Positions 49,980-58,452 of a stretch of 64,000 bases of DNA are shown here, in pieces (the stretch's first letter is position 1; the number at the start of each line of letters is the position of its first letter). The notes beneath the pieces were generated by a model, which made no database searches, was not told the origin of the DNA, and saw only the letters and a list, made by a program, of their open reading frames with translations. Source of the stretch: a virus. Its lineage: Duplodnaviria; Caudoviricetes. The stretch is from the IMG/VR virus record IMGVR_UViG_3300035182_001315. One strand, 5' to 3'. The position numbers and the translations under genes are program-made.

Positions 49980-50632
49980 GGCTTTAATTTATTTGGTGTA
50001 ATAGCAGAATGCATCCAGTGCTGGTCAGTAGTAACATGCTTTGCCCTCACAAACTTACCAACATTCAAATCATACTCGTCATATCCAAACTCCCCAATAT
50101 TTCTTGTTACATATCCCTCATTCTTCGTTGTGTCAATCGAATCAGCCAGCTTCCTCAACTCAGCTTCATTATATGGCCCAACCTGTAACAACGGAACCGT
50201 CTGCAACCCCAACATCTCACAAATATCCAACGTATCCACCCACGAAAGACAACGATTCTTGTCGTTCCAAACACTGAACACCATGAAGTATGTAGGAAGC
50301 TCTTCGTATAAAAGACTGTGCTTGGCATAAAGATTTTCACCACATATGCGCCAGCCCTCAGGTATATCATGCCTTATCTGGCCCCATAATCCCTTAACCC
50401 AGTTACGGGAATCGTGATATTTGGAATCTATCGAACGTGCATGCATCCTGTCAGGATAAAGACTGGTATTTTCCCCATCCATCTTTAGGGTTGTTATGGT
50501 CATCATCGGACTGCCGGTACCCAGATAATTTTCAAATGAGGTCATATCATGATGAAACTTGTCATCACTGGTTGAACCCAATGACCACTCAAAATGATAC
50601 GTCCTCGGAAACTTAAAATACATCTGTTCCAT
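49976..50632 (-). CDS. RNA ligase family protein
   Basis: KMDGEN (motif I), HARS, ICGENL.AKHS, F.VFSVW, EGYV.R, KFVR..H. Confidence 0.85.
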   Translation of the reverse strand: MEQMYFKFPRTYHFEWSLGSTSDDKFHHDMTSFENYLGTGSPMMTITTLKMDGENTSLYPDRMHARSIDSKYHDSRNWVKGLWGQIRHDIPEGWRICGENLYAKHSLLYEELPTYFMVFSVWNDKNRCLSWVDTLDICEMLGLQTVPLLQVGPYNEAELRKLADSIDTTKNEGYVTRNIGEFGYDEYDLNVGKFVRAKHVTTDQHWMHSAITPNKLKP

Positions 50633-50928
50633 TATTCTGCCGGTTTGTATGTTAAAATATTTACCTTATCAGCCTCAGCACCAGAAAACAGCTCATAAAC
50701 TGAATTCTCCGTCCTGAACCTTATAAACCCTTCACGCTCTTCAAGAATCTCCAGAATCACAGTGGTCAACCAATAATCCAAAGGCGGCCTCCCAATAAAC
50801 AAGCTCCCACCAACCGCAACCTCCCTCACAAGTTCCTTCTTAAAGGTATTATCCTCATTCCATAAAAGGGTTGAAACCCTTTCAGATTCGAATTGAAAAC
50901 CCCAGCCAGCCTTGAATAGTTTGTACAT
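50632..50928 (-). CDS. hypothetical protein
   Basis: 98 aa, ends FRTENSVYEL. Confidence 0.55.
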   Translation of the reverse strand: MYKLFKAGWGFQFESERVSTLLWNEDNTFKKELVREVAVGGSLFIGRPPLDYWLTTVILEILEEREGFIRFRTENSVYELFSGAEADKVNILTYKPAE

Positions 50929-51004
50929 AATCTCCCATTTTCAGCGAAGATACCAGTTTTATTCCTAAGTACCAAATATTTATTTAAACAAATCCAACAT
51001 TCTT

Positions 51005-51838
51005 ATGAAATTTTTTGACAGGCCCTACATTTTCGAAAACCTTAACCCGCCAACCATCGTTGACGAAGTTAAAATCATGCATGACACCACCCTGAAAAAT
51101 ATGGAGTCTGAACTCAAAATCCCTAAAGACGTATTCCAATCATTCCAAATCAAAGATAACCTGAACCCAGAAATCTGGCATGATGGTAAACTTAATCCTG
51201 AAGTACGCATAAAGCTACTCGACATCGCAACCAACTTCGTCAACGACCTTAAGCTCCCTCAAATAAAAGTGAAAGACGTTCTATTCGTAGGCTCTCTGGC
51301 CAACTACAACTGGTCAAAGTTCTCCGATATCGACCTGCATATCGTCGTTGACTTCGAAGACTATAAAGAAGACCCTGACTTCATAAAGTCATTCTTTGAT
51401 GCTCAAAAGAACCTCTTCAATATGAACCATGACATAGAAATCCATGGCCACCCAGTTGAAACCTACTTCCAAGACAGAAAAGAAAAACTCGCAGCATCAG
51501 CCGTATACTCAGTAAAAAATGATAAATGGATTCTTAAGCCACAAAAAGAATCATTCAGATTGGACAAAAATGTAATCAGAAGAAAAGTGGAAAAGTTCTT
51601 CGATAAACTCAAAGACCTTAAGGCTGCTTACGACAACGGCCAGTATAAACTCGTTTTCGATGGCGTAACATCAATCATGAAATCCCTTAAGAAAATGAGA
51701 CAGTCCGGCTTGGAAAAAGGTGGGGAATTCTCCACAGAAAATATCATCTATAAAACCCTCAGAAGAACTGACGCTATGGAATTCCTTGACTCACTTAAAA
51801 TGAAATCATACGATAACCTCATGGCCGTTACCGAATAA
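51005..51838 (+). CDS. Pol-beta-superfamily nucleotidyltransferase-like protein
   Basis: GSLANYNWSKFSDIDLHIVVD (GS..DxD) and a third acidic residue in VETYFQD; ATATTTAT upstream. Confidence 0.7.
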   Translation: MKFFDRPYIFENLNPPTIVDEVKIMHDTTLKNMESELKIPKDVFQSFQIKDNLNPEIWHDGKLNPEVRIKLLDIATNFVNDLKLPQIKVKDVLFVGSLANYNWSKFSDIDLHIVVDFEDYKEDPDFIKSFFDAQKNLFNMNHDIEIHGHPVETYFQDRKEKLAASAVYSVKNDKWILKPQKESFRLDKNVIRRKVEKFFDKLKDLKAAYDNGQYKLVFDGVTSIMKSLKKMRQSGLEKGGEFSTENIIYKTLRRTDAMEFLDSLKMKSYDNLMAVTE

Positions 51839-51921
51839 GCAGCTACTCCGGCGAAGCCAAAAGTCGTATAAATGATTTTTTAATTTCTTGTGTATCAGCT
51901 ATTTGTGTTTCCTGACCAGTA

Positions 51922-53499
51922 TCAGCCGTGCTTGCCGTTGCCGAACTCAGCAATAACCCCGTCATGCCATACAGACTGCATGTTGGGATTCAGAAGGCTG
52001 GGATGCACATGAACATTCGAATAATCGGTTACAGGCTCATATTCGATGTCGTCAATGTTCGTTGCAACAAAGGTGCCGTCAAGAATAATAACGCTATCCT
52101 CGTTGCCATTCACCTCGTCAATGTCGTTGTTCCAATGGCCAGACTCACACTCAACTACCGCATGTTCCTCATACTCTGACCTGAACTGCCAATTGTCAAA
52201 TACACTCGCTGGCGCACCATCACGGTTAAACGGATTCGGGTCCTCTTCACGGTCCTGATGTTGCTCAACGGCATGCCAACCCGACTTCACTTGCGACTCG
52301 TCAGCGCCATCCCAGTATTTGGACAGAACCTTTACATCCGCATATATCTCCGCATTGAACTCATCAATATGAGCCTGTACCGGCTTGCTTAAGAAATCAG
52401 GGGCATTCACATTCTTTAAGCCCTTGAACTGATTAAGCCTGAGCTTAGGCTCCTTCTCATAAACAGACTCAGCCTTCTCGTAATCATAGGTATATCCAGT
52501 CCCAAACCTTATCTCAGCCGTAAACCCATCCAAATGAAATATAGCACAATCACCATTGTCAACCTTTGACGGATACGTACCCACACAATGCTTCTGCAAT
52601 AAGCCCTCAATATATAACTCCTTGTTGGTTTCCAATAACTTATAACCGTATTTGTCACTGAAGTCACGATAGACATTCCTTATCCTCAATTGCTTCAAGT
52701 CCTGAACGTCAAATAACGTATCGGTTATCTCCTTGGCCCAGTCATCATGCTCTTCCTTTAGCCTTCTCAGGCTCCATGAAGCATTTATCTTCTTGCCAAG
52801 AACCACGGCCATCTTACAAGAATCCATAAACAACCCATCCTTTAACATCTCTGGATAAAGATTCTCTATGTTCACCATTATCTTCCTCATCTCGGCCCAA
52901 ACCTTAACCAACTTCTCAATGTCATGACGGGGACCTGACGCAGCAATAAGAACCTTCACCACCGGCAACGGTGCCTTGAAGAAATGCTTAACAGCCGCAT
53001 TATACGAATATAACTTGTTCCTTACAAACGTGTTCAACGCATTGCCCTGCAATATCGGATTCTCTTCAATAAACCGCAACCACGTAAACTTCCCATGAAA
53101 ATACTGCTTAAGCGTATGCGTGTTCTGCTTCCTATCAGCATGACTCCATTCTGAATTAAATAGCAACAATGATGCATATGTCAGCTGGACAAACTGCTTT
53201 ATCCTGCCGTCATTTATCATGTAATAAAACATCCCACCCTTGTATATGATTGACTTTATCTTCTTCTCAAAAGAAAACCACTTGTTGGTCGTAGATATAC
53301 CAAATCGGTTCTGAAACAAGATTATCTCAAACGTCCCGTCTGGACGCTCAAAACGTACAAGACGCTTCGTAGTGTACCCACCCTTGTTATTGAAATATAC
53401 CACCCTCGCCTTATGAGAATCAGCCAAATACAACTCCCTTAACTTGTCAACCTTCTTGCTCTTTTCCTCAGCCAATAACTCCCATTTTACTTCACCCAT
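51922..53499 (-). CDS. PcfJ-like domain protein
   Basis: L..EHDDW, ELYIEGLLQKHCVGTY, QFKGLKN. Confidence 0.65.
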   Translation of the reverse strand: MGEVKWELLAEEKSKKVDKLRELYLADSHKARVVYFNNKGGYTTKRLVRFERPDGTFEIILFQNRFGISTTNKWFSFEKKIKSIIYKGGMFYYMINDGRIKQFVQLTYASLLLFNSEWSHADRKQNTHTLKQYFHGKFTWLRFIEENPILQGNALNTFVRNKLYSYNAAVKHFFKAPLPVVKVLIAASGPRHDIEKLVKVWAEMRKIMVNIENLYPEMLKDGLFMDSCKMAVVLGKKINASWSLRRLKEEHDDWAKEITDTLFDVQDLKQLRIRNVYRDFSDKYGYKLLETNKELYIEGLLQKHCVGTYPSKVDNGDCAIFHLDGFTAEIRFGTGYTYDYEKAESVYEKEPKLRLNQFKGLKNVNAPDFLSKPVQAHIDEFNAEIYADVKVLSKYWDGADESQVKSGWHAVEQHQDREEDPNPFNRDGAPASVFDNWQFRSEYEEHAVVECESGHWNNDIDEVNGNEDSVIILDGTFVATNIDDIEYEPVTDYSNVHVHPSLLNPNMQSVWHDGVIAEFGNGKHG

Positions 53500-53516
53500 G
53501 TAAAAACGTTTTTATG

Positions 53517-53987
53517 CTAAGATTTCAAATTTGCGTAATACCTGATATAACTCTTTAAACACTTGCTCTTTATCTTTATCCAATGCTCCATATTCACCTG
53601 AATACCCAACTTCTTCGCAAGCTTCAACCCCTCATCCCAAGCCAAAAACTCTTCCTCAAGCGAAGATACATGATAAACCTTTCTCCTGCTATATTTATTT
53701 TCCTTCTTGTACAACTTCACCATCTCCGCATGTGCCAATACCGGCAACCTCTTCTTGAACTTGTCCCAATCCTTCCTAAGCTCATGGTGACCCATCTCAT
53801 GAAGGAAGATATATACAGTTTCCTCATAGGTCATCCCAGACTGAATGAATATCCCCTGAGGCTCATTCTTCGTCTTCGTATCCTGCTTCATGTATGAGAT
53901 ATCATGGTAGTCAAGACGAACCTTGTACCCCTGTTTCTCGGCGTACTCAGTCAACTTAACCAAACCCTTCTTGTAACTGTATCTCAT
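53517..53987 (-). CDS. HExxH metallopeptidase-like protein (ImmA/IrrE-like)
   Basis: YIFLHEMGHH, EEEFLAW. Confidence 0.6.
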   Translation of the reverse strand: MRYSYKKGLVKLTEYAEKQGYKVRLDYHDISYMKQDTKTKNEPQGIFIQSGMTYEETVYIFLHEMGHHELRKDWDKFKKRLPVLAHAEMVKLYKKENKYSRRKVYHVSSLEEEFLAWDEGLKLAKKLGIQVNMEHWIKIKSKCLKSYIRYYANLKS

Positions 53988-54026
53988 GATGGTCCCTTTT
54001 TTAATAAATAGACCATAACCTAACCC

Positions 54027-54407
54027 TTATGCGTTCACCTCAAAGAAATAATTATAAACAACACAGTCTGGATTCAACTTCCTGAAATCAGGAAATAACG
54101 TGTCACCTATCGTATTGTCATTTATATGACTGATATGCAACTCTTTAAAGAATTCAGCATACTTCTCATACGTCTTCTTCCCACCTATACACCAATCTAT
54201 CCCCTTCAGGTTCGTCTCATACTTGTCATCCAAGATGATATGACGACCCTTAAGAGGCGGTAGCGTCAAATGGGTGGAATAACCTACCAAAAGGGTGGAA
54301 GCCTCTGTAATGGCCTTAAAATGCTTGAAGTCGGCACCGGAGCGCCATGGCAATCCACCGTTAAGACCAATGAATCCGAGACAATTTGTTGCAATAATTG
54401 CTTTCAT
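54027..54407 (-). CDS. folA: dihydrofolate reductase (compact phage form)
   Basis: IGLNGGLPW...DFKHFK, VG..T..LPPLKGR, IGG...Y, GDTLFP. Confidence 0.9.
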   Translation of the reverse strand: MKAIIATNCLGFIGLNGGLPWRSGADFKHFKAITEASTLLVGYSTHLTLPPLKGRHIILDDKYETNLKGIDWCIGGKKTYEKYAEFFKELHISHINDNTIGDTLFPDFRKLNPDCVVYNYFFEVNA

Positions 54408-54646
54408 CTTAAATCAAGTTTTTTAAATATTAAATTATTAAATTTTCTTTCACTCTTTATTAACCTCTGTATGAAGGCGTTATTTTCCCATTAGGATCCC
54501 AGATTTTATCTCTTTCGATGTTGGCTTGGCGCAAGGCGGTCATGAAGGTTGTTTCCATAAGAATTGAATTTGAGGCAAACCTACAAAAAGGTTTTGATAT
54601 TCGTACAAAAATGTTCGCCGTGGAACACTCTCCTTTTTCTGAAGCC

Positions 54647-54837
54647 AAAATTTCCCAGAAAAATTTTTTTGAAAAGGGGTCTGATCGGAAAAATTCTGGA
54701 AAAATGACGAGTTAGTAGGAAATAATCGCCAGATGGGACCCATTGGCTTTTTTTAGCAGGAAAATTTCCCAGGAAAAATTTTTAAAAAAAAGGGGTACCC
54801 TATGTGTAAACCCAAAAAATTTCCCAGAAAAAATTTT
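54647..54837 (+). repeat. three direct iteron-like repeats AAAATTTCCCAG(G)AAAAATTTT plus one degenerate inverted copy
   Basis: Copies at 54647-54667, 54761-54783, 54816-54837; inverted-like at 54689-54705. Confidence 0.85.
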
Positions 54838-54844
54838 ACCGTGT

Positions 54845-54954
54845 GGGGTCATGGGGGCCATATAGGGGGCATACGGGGGGGTATATAAGGGGGGTAACGG
54901 GGGACGTGGGTACGGGAGGGGGGTGTACAGGGGGGGGGGGGGGGGGTAAACGGG
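54845..54954 (+). other. G-tract cluster (11 runs of 3 or more G, including G17); candidate origin element
   Basis: Read directly; GC skew changes sign across this locus. Confidence 0.6.
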
Positions 54955-55039
54955 TGGTTAGATATGTCGTTTTGTATTTGAGGTATTTGTGTTTCATGTT
55001 GTAAAGATAAGACTATTTTTCGGATTACCAAATTTATTT

Positions 55040-55879
55040 TTAATCTTCATTTTCCATTACGTAATTGTCTTCAATCACATTATGTGGGCAATGGTTTGGC
55101 CTTAGGGTTACGTCCTTTACTTCACTCTGAAGATTTGAGTGCAATACTGCCTCCCAGCTTAGAATTCCTTTCCTTTTATATACAGTAAAGGTTAGGCCGC
55201 TGAAGACATTAGCCAGCTCTTCAGCACTATTATTTTTGGTAAATTCGTCCCAATAGGTAATAAAGTCATTTAGGGTGTTTCTGTTTTCCCAATTGTTAGG
55301 GAATTTCTTTTCTGCCATCTTATAGCCGTAACGGTGAAGGTTACGGATTTTTGCAAGGGTTACAGATTGTTTGTATTCCTTAGCGGCTTCGTGTTTTTGT
55401 TCACCGTCTGAAAGGGGCGCAATTGTCCTTTCTTTTGCGTTTTTATAAAGGAGTTCACACTGATATTCAAGTTCGCCGTTATCGGTTGGGCGTTGTGTTG
55501 GTACGTTACTTTCAAGGGTACGGCCAAAGTTAGTATAACCGCAAGAGATTGCCTCTATTATTTCGTTTTCTGTGGTGCCTCTCATTAGTTCGCCGTTAGA
55601 GCGCCAAGAGTTACCCAATGAGCGCCTAATGTTCATAGTATCAACAAAGTACATGTAAGCGCCCATTGCTGTCATTTCGCCGCCTATGTTCATTGCAGAG
55701 TCACCCATAAAATACTTGTGAGTGTATTCATGCCAGTGTTCAAAAACATCGTGAAATATACCGGTACTGCTCCAAAAAGCGTTAAACGGTGAATTATCGT
55801 TATAGGTTTCTTTGTGAGCCAAACCCCATTCACCGTTAGCGTCATCACAAAAGAAGCGAAGGTTTACAACGTGTTTCAT
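55040..55879 (-). CDS. hypothetical early protein with HDxxEH motif
   Basis: GIFHDVFEHWHE; behind promoter at 55903. Confidence 0.65.
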   Translation of the reverse strand: MKHVVNLRFFCDDANGEWGLAHKETYNDNSPFNAFWSSTGIFHDVFEHWHEYTHKYFMGDSAMNIGGEMTAMGAYMYFVDTMNIRRSLGNSWRSNGELMRGTTENEIIEAISCGYTNFGRTLESNVPTQRPTDNGELEYQCELLYKNAKERTIAPLSDGEQKHEAAKEYKQSVTLAKIRNLHRYGYKMAEKKFPNNWENRNTLNDFITYWDEFTKNNSAEELANVFSGLTFTVYKRKGILSWEAVLHSNLQSEVKDVTLRPNHCPHNVIEDNYVMENED

Positions 55880-55993
55880 AATTGGTTTGTTTTTGATAAA
55901 TCAAAGATAAGACTATATTTCGAAACTTCCAAATTTATTACATAAAAAAAGCGGGAAATTAATCCCGCTTTTGTTGACCGTATCCCTTTAAAA

Positions 55994-56521
55994 CTAAGGT
56001 TGAATTATTTCGTATATTTCCCCTTGGAACTTTAGTTGTTTTACGTTCTCCAGATATACTTTACGCCAAAAGATTTCCTTTTCAGTCCCTTGATTTTCTG
56101 CTTTTTTACTTACTGGCAGAAAGGGTTCAAGCTTTGTTTTCGCTATTTCTACGCCGTTGAAAAAGTATCTTGTTTCTGGTTTGCTGTTGGTGTTTGGCCT
56201 GTACTGAATCACTGGTTTACCTTTAAAATAACCTACAAAGCTGTTATTGTCTCCGTATTCTAAAGGCATGGTATTTTCACCCTTTTCGTATTCGGTCGGG
56301 CTTTTGCCTTCACGCTTTAGCTGGTTAATTACACCGGTTTCGTATTCAGTGTTTAGCATGATTGCCACATCTGACAGTTTTTTTACGCCCATGTACGGGT
56401 TATCAGTTTTGCGCATTTTTGGCTCTGTCATCTGTACAATGTTAGCAAAAATATTTGCGCCTTTAGTAGTTTTGAAGGCGAAAAGGATTGCTTCAAGTTC
56501 TTTTACTGTTACGTGTTTCAT
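55994..56521 (-). CDS. hypothetical early protein
   Basis: True start MKHVTVKEL at 56521; track start lies in the promoter. Confidence 0.65.
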   Translation of the reverse strand: MKHVTVKELEAILFAFKTTKGANIFANIVQMTEPKMRKTDNPYMGVKKLSDVAIMLNTEYETGVINQLKREGKSPTEYEKGENTMPLEYGDNNSFVGYFKGKPVIQYRPNTNSKPETRYFFNGVEIAKTKLEPFLPVSKKAENQGTEKEIFWRKVYLENVKQLKFQGEIYEIIQP

Positions 56522-56932
56522 TTTAAATAGTTTTTGTTTGAATGATGAAGCAAAGATAAGACTATTTTTCAAACTTCCAAACAATTTACAGAAATATTTT
56601 AATTAATATTAGGACTATGAATCCAGCGGCTAACAGCTTTTTCATTATTTGTTTGTGTAATGGTTAGTAAATACGTTTGTGTAAGAGATTGCGCCGTCTT
56701 TATCCACTGATTTGATACGGCTATAAACCACGCTTGAAGTAGCTGTTAAGCGGCTAATATCAATCTTGCTGGTATAGGTATCGGTTGCCTTGTCGCTGGC
56801 ATAATCTGGCATTGTGCTATTGAAGCAATTGAGATTACAAGGGCTAAAAGGGATACGATAACGTGTTTCATTTTAAATAGTTTTTGTTTGAATGATGAAG
56901 CAAAGATAAGACTATTTTTCAAACTTCCAAAC
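56511..56932. repeat. 72-bp exact direct repeat of promoter + leader + first codons (56511-56582 and 56861-56932)
   Basis: ACGTGTTTCATTTTAAATAGTTTTTGTTTGAATGATGAAGCAAAGATAAGACTATTTTTCAAACTTCCAAAC twice, 350 bp apart. Confidence 0.9.
56645..56871 (-). pseudogene. small secreted protein split by a 1-nt deletion near 56823
   Basis: Signal peptide MKHVIVSLLALVISIA; -1 frame continues ...YSRIKSVDKDGAISYTNV, matching the Bacteroidota YYRLKQVDxDG motif. Confidence 0.55.
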
Positions 56933-57025
56933 TTTATTCAGGTTATTTTCCGGCTTTAGTAGACCTGCTGTCTACCAACTTGCGTACCTTGTGAGGTAAC
57001 CGGCTTTTACCCTGTTTTGTTGCAA

Positions 57026-57298
57026 CTATTTTGAGTTACGGGCTATCTTGTGAAGTCCCTTAACAACATCCTTCAATATGGTGTATCTCATTGAGTGGCT
57101 TGTGGGATACTTTTCAGCGTCATCCATAGCGTGGTTAAGGAGTTGCTTTTGTTGGCCTGCTGAAAGTGTTGGCAGTTGTGAGTTATGCAAACACATTGAA
57201 ACAAGGGTTTTAAGCATGGCAAGGGTTAGCTTTGTTTTCCCGTCGATCTGGTAAGCTATATCTTTATCTTGCCAATCGTGAAATATTGCATATAGCAT
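57026..57298 (-). CDS. hypothetical early protein
   Basis: 90-aa ORF overlapping upstream stop region. Confidence 0.55.
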   Translation of the reverse strand: MLYAIFHDWQDKDIAYQIDGKTKLTLAMLKTLVSMCLHNSQLPTLSAGQQKQLLNHAMDDAEKYPTSHSMRYTILKDVVKGLHKIARNSK

Positions 57299-57300
57299 GA

Positions 57301-57480
57301 TTAATTATTGTGTATGGTTTGATTAATTTTGTACACTTCCATTGATGTATTGTAGATGTTGATAAATACTTCATTAAATGAAGGGTTACCAGCTGGCATA
57401 ACAGTTGACTGAATTTTGATACCCGTCTTTACTGGTTCAGCTTGTTTTTTCGGAGCTAAGAGGCTAAGTAATTGTTTCAT
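57301..57480 (-). CDS. hypothetical early protein
   Basis: Start MKQLLSLL at 57480 behind promoter 57506. Confidence 0.55.
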   Translation of the reverse strand: MKQLLSLLAPKKQAEPVKTGIKIQSTVMPAGNPSFNEVFINIYNTSMEVYKINQTIHNN

Positions 57481-57553
57481 AATTGGTTTGTTTGAATGAT
57501 GAAGCAAAGATAAGACTATTTTTCAATAGTCCTAACTTTTTTACAAATTATTT

Positions 57554-57898
57554 TTAAAATTGGTAATTTGTTTGCTTTTCAATGTTTTCGTCGATTACTT
57601 TTACAAGCTGGTCAAAATAAAGGTCTTTAATTTCCTTTACGATTGTACCCATTGTAGAGGTCAAAAGAACGTCATATAAATCCATTCCGTTAACGCTGAT
57701 ATAAACGTGCCCCTTATGCTTATACCCGTTTGATTTGAAGCGTAAGGCTTTTTTATAGCCCTTTTCCGTTATTACGGTAAACGCAGTTGCGCCCCAGCTC
57801 CAAAAGATAGACTGAGAACTACGCAATAATTGTAGTGTTTCATTCGGGTTAATATCCCGGCAGGCTTTAAAATGTTCGGCTAAATTAATCTTACTCAT
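57554..57898 (-). CDS. hypothetical early protein
   Basis: Start MSKINL at 57898; SWGA...LRFK..G.KHKG.V.I..NG.DLYDV. Confidence 0.65.
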   Translation of the reverse strand: MSKINLAEHFKACRDINPNETLQLLRSSQSIFWSWGATAFTVITEKGYKKALRFKSNGYKHKGHVYISVNGMDLYDVLLTSTMGTIVKEIKDLYFDQLVKVIDENIEKQTNYQF

Positions 57899-57962
57899 AA
57901 TTGGTTTGTTTGAATGATGAAGCAAAGATAAGACTATATTTCGGTATTTCCAAACTTTATTT

Positions 57963-58223
57963 TTACCAACTTTGTGCCATCCAGATAAGGGTATTTTCTA
58001 CGTTGGTATTGAACTTATTTGAAGTGGAAACAGCTTGTTCAAGCAATTCGCTTGCCCCTTCACCCTGAAAAAAGTATTCATCATTGCCGGAATAGATAGC
58101 CAGATAGGGCAATCCCCAATTAATGTCTATTATTTTTTCACCAGCTGGTTGTGTTTCCTTGAAGTACTTACGGGCTGCTTTAGCCGTCCTGTTTATATCT
58201 GCTGCAAATTGTCTTGTAGTCAT
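57963..58223 (-). CDS. hypothetical early protein
   Basis: 86 aa; TAATG-coupled to a 36-aa ORF at 58223..58333. Confidence 0.6.
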   Translation of the reverse strand: MTTRQFAADINRTAKAARKYFKETQPAGEKIIDINWGLPYLAIYSGNDEYFFQGEGASELLEQAVSTSNKFNTNVENTLIWMAQSW

Positions 58224-58452
58224 TAGTTAACGTTTAAAGTATTGTCAAAAAATAGGATTAGCAGGTCTGTAATTGCTGCACTTGTTTCGTAACTGTGGTA
58301 AAATTCGGGATTGATTTTAACTGTGTTTTCCATGTATGTTTGATTTAGTACTGTAAAGATAAGACTATATTTCGAATTACCAAACATTTTCTAAAATAAA
58401 AAACCCCGACATTTGCCGGGGCTGTTTTACTATTCAGGGCGAACCTGTTTTA

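Noticed and set aside
54849-55031. Proline-rich ORF in the track
   Set aside because: It is the poly-C strand of the G-tract locus and its start lies inside the promoter motif; not a credible protein.
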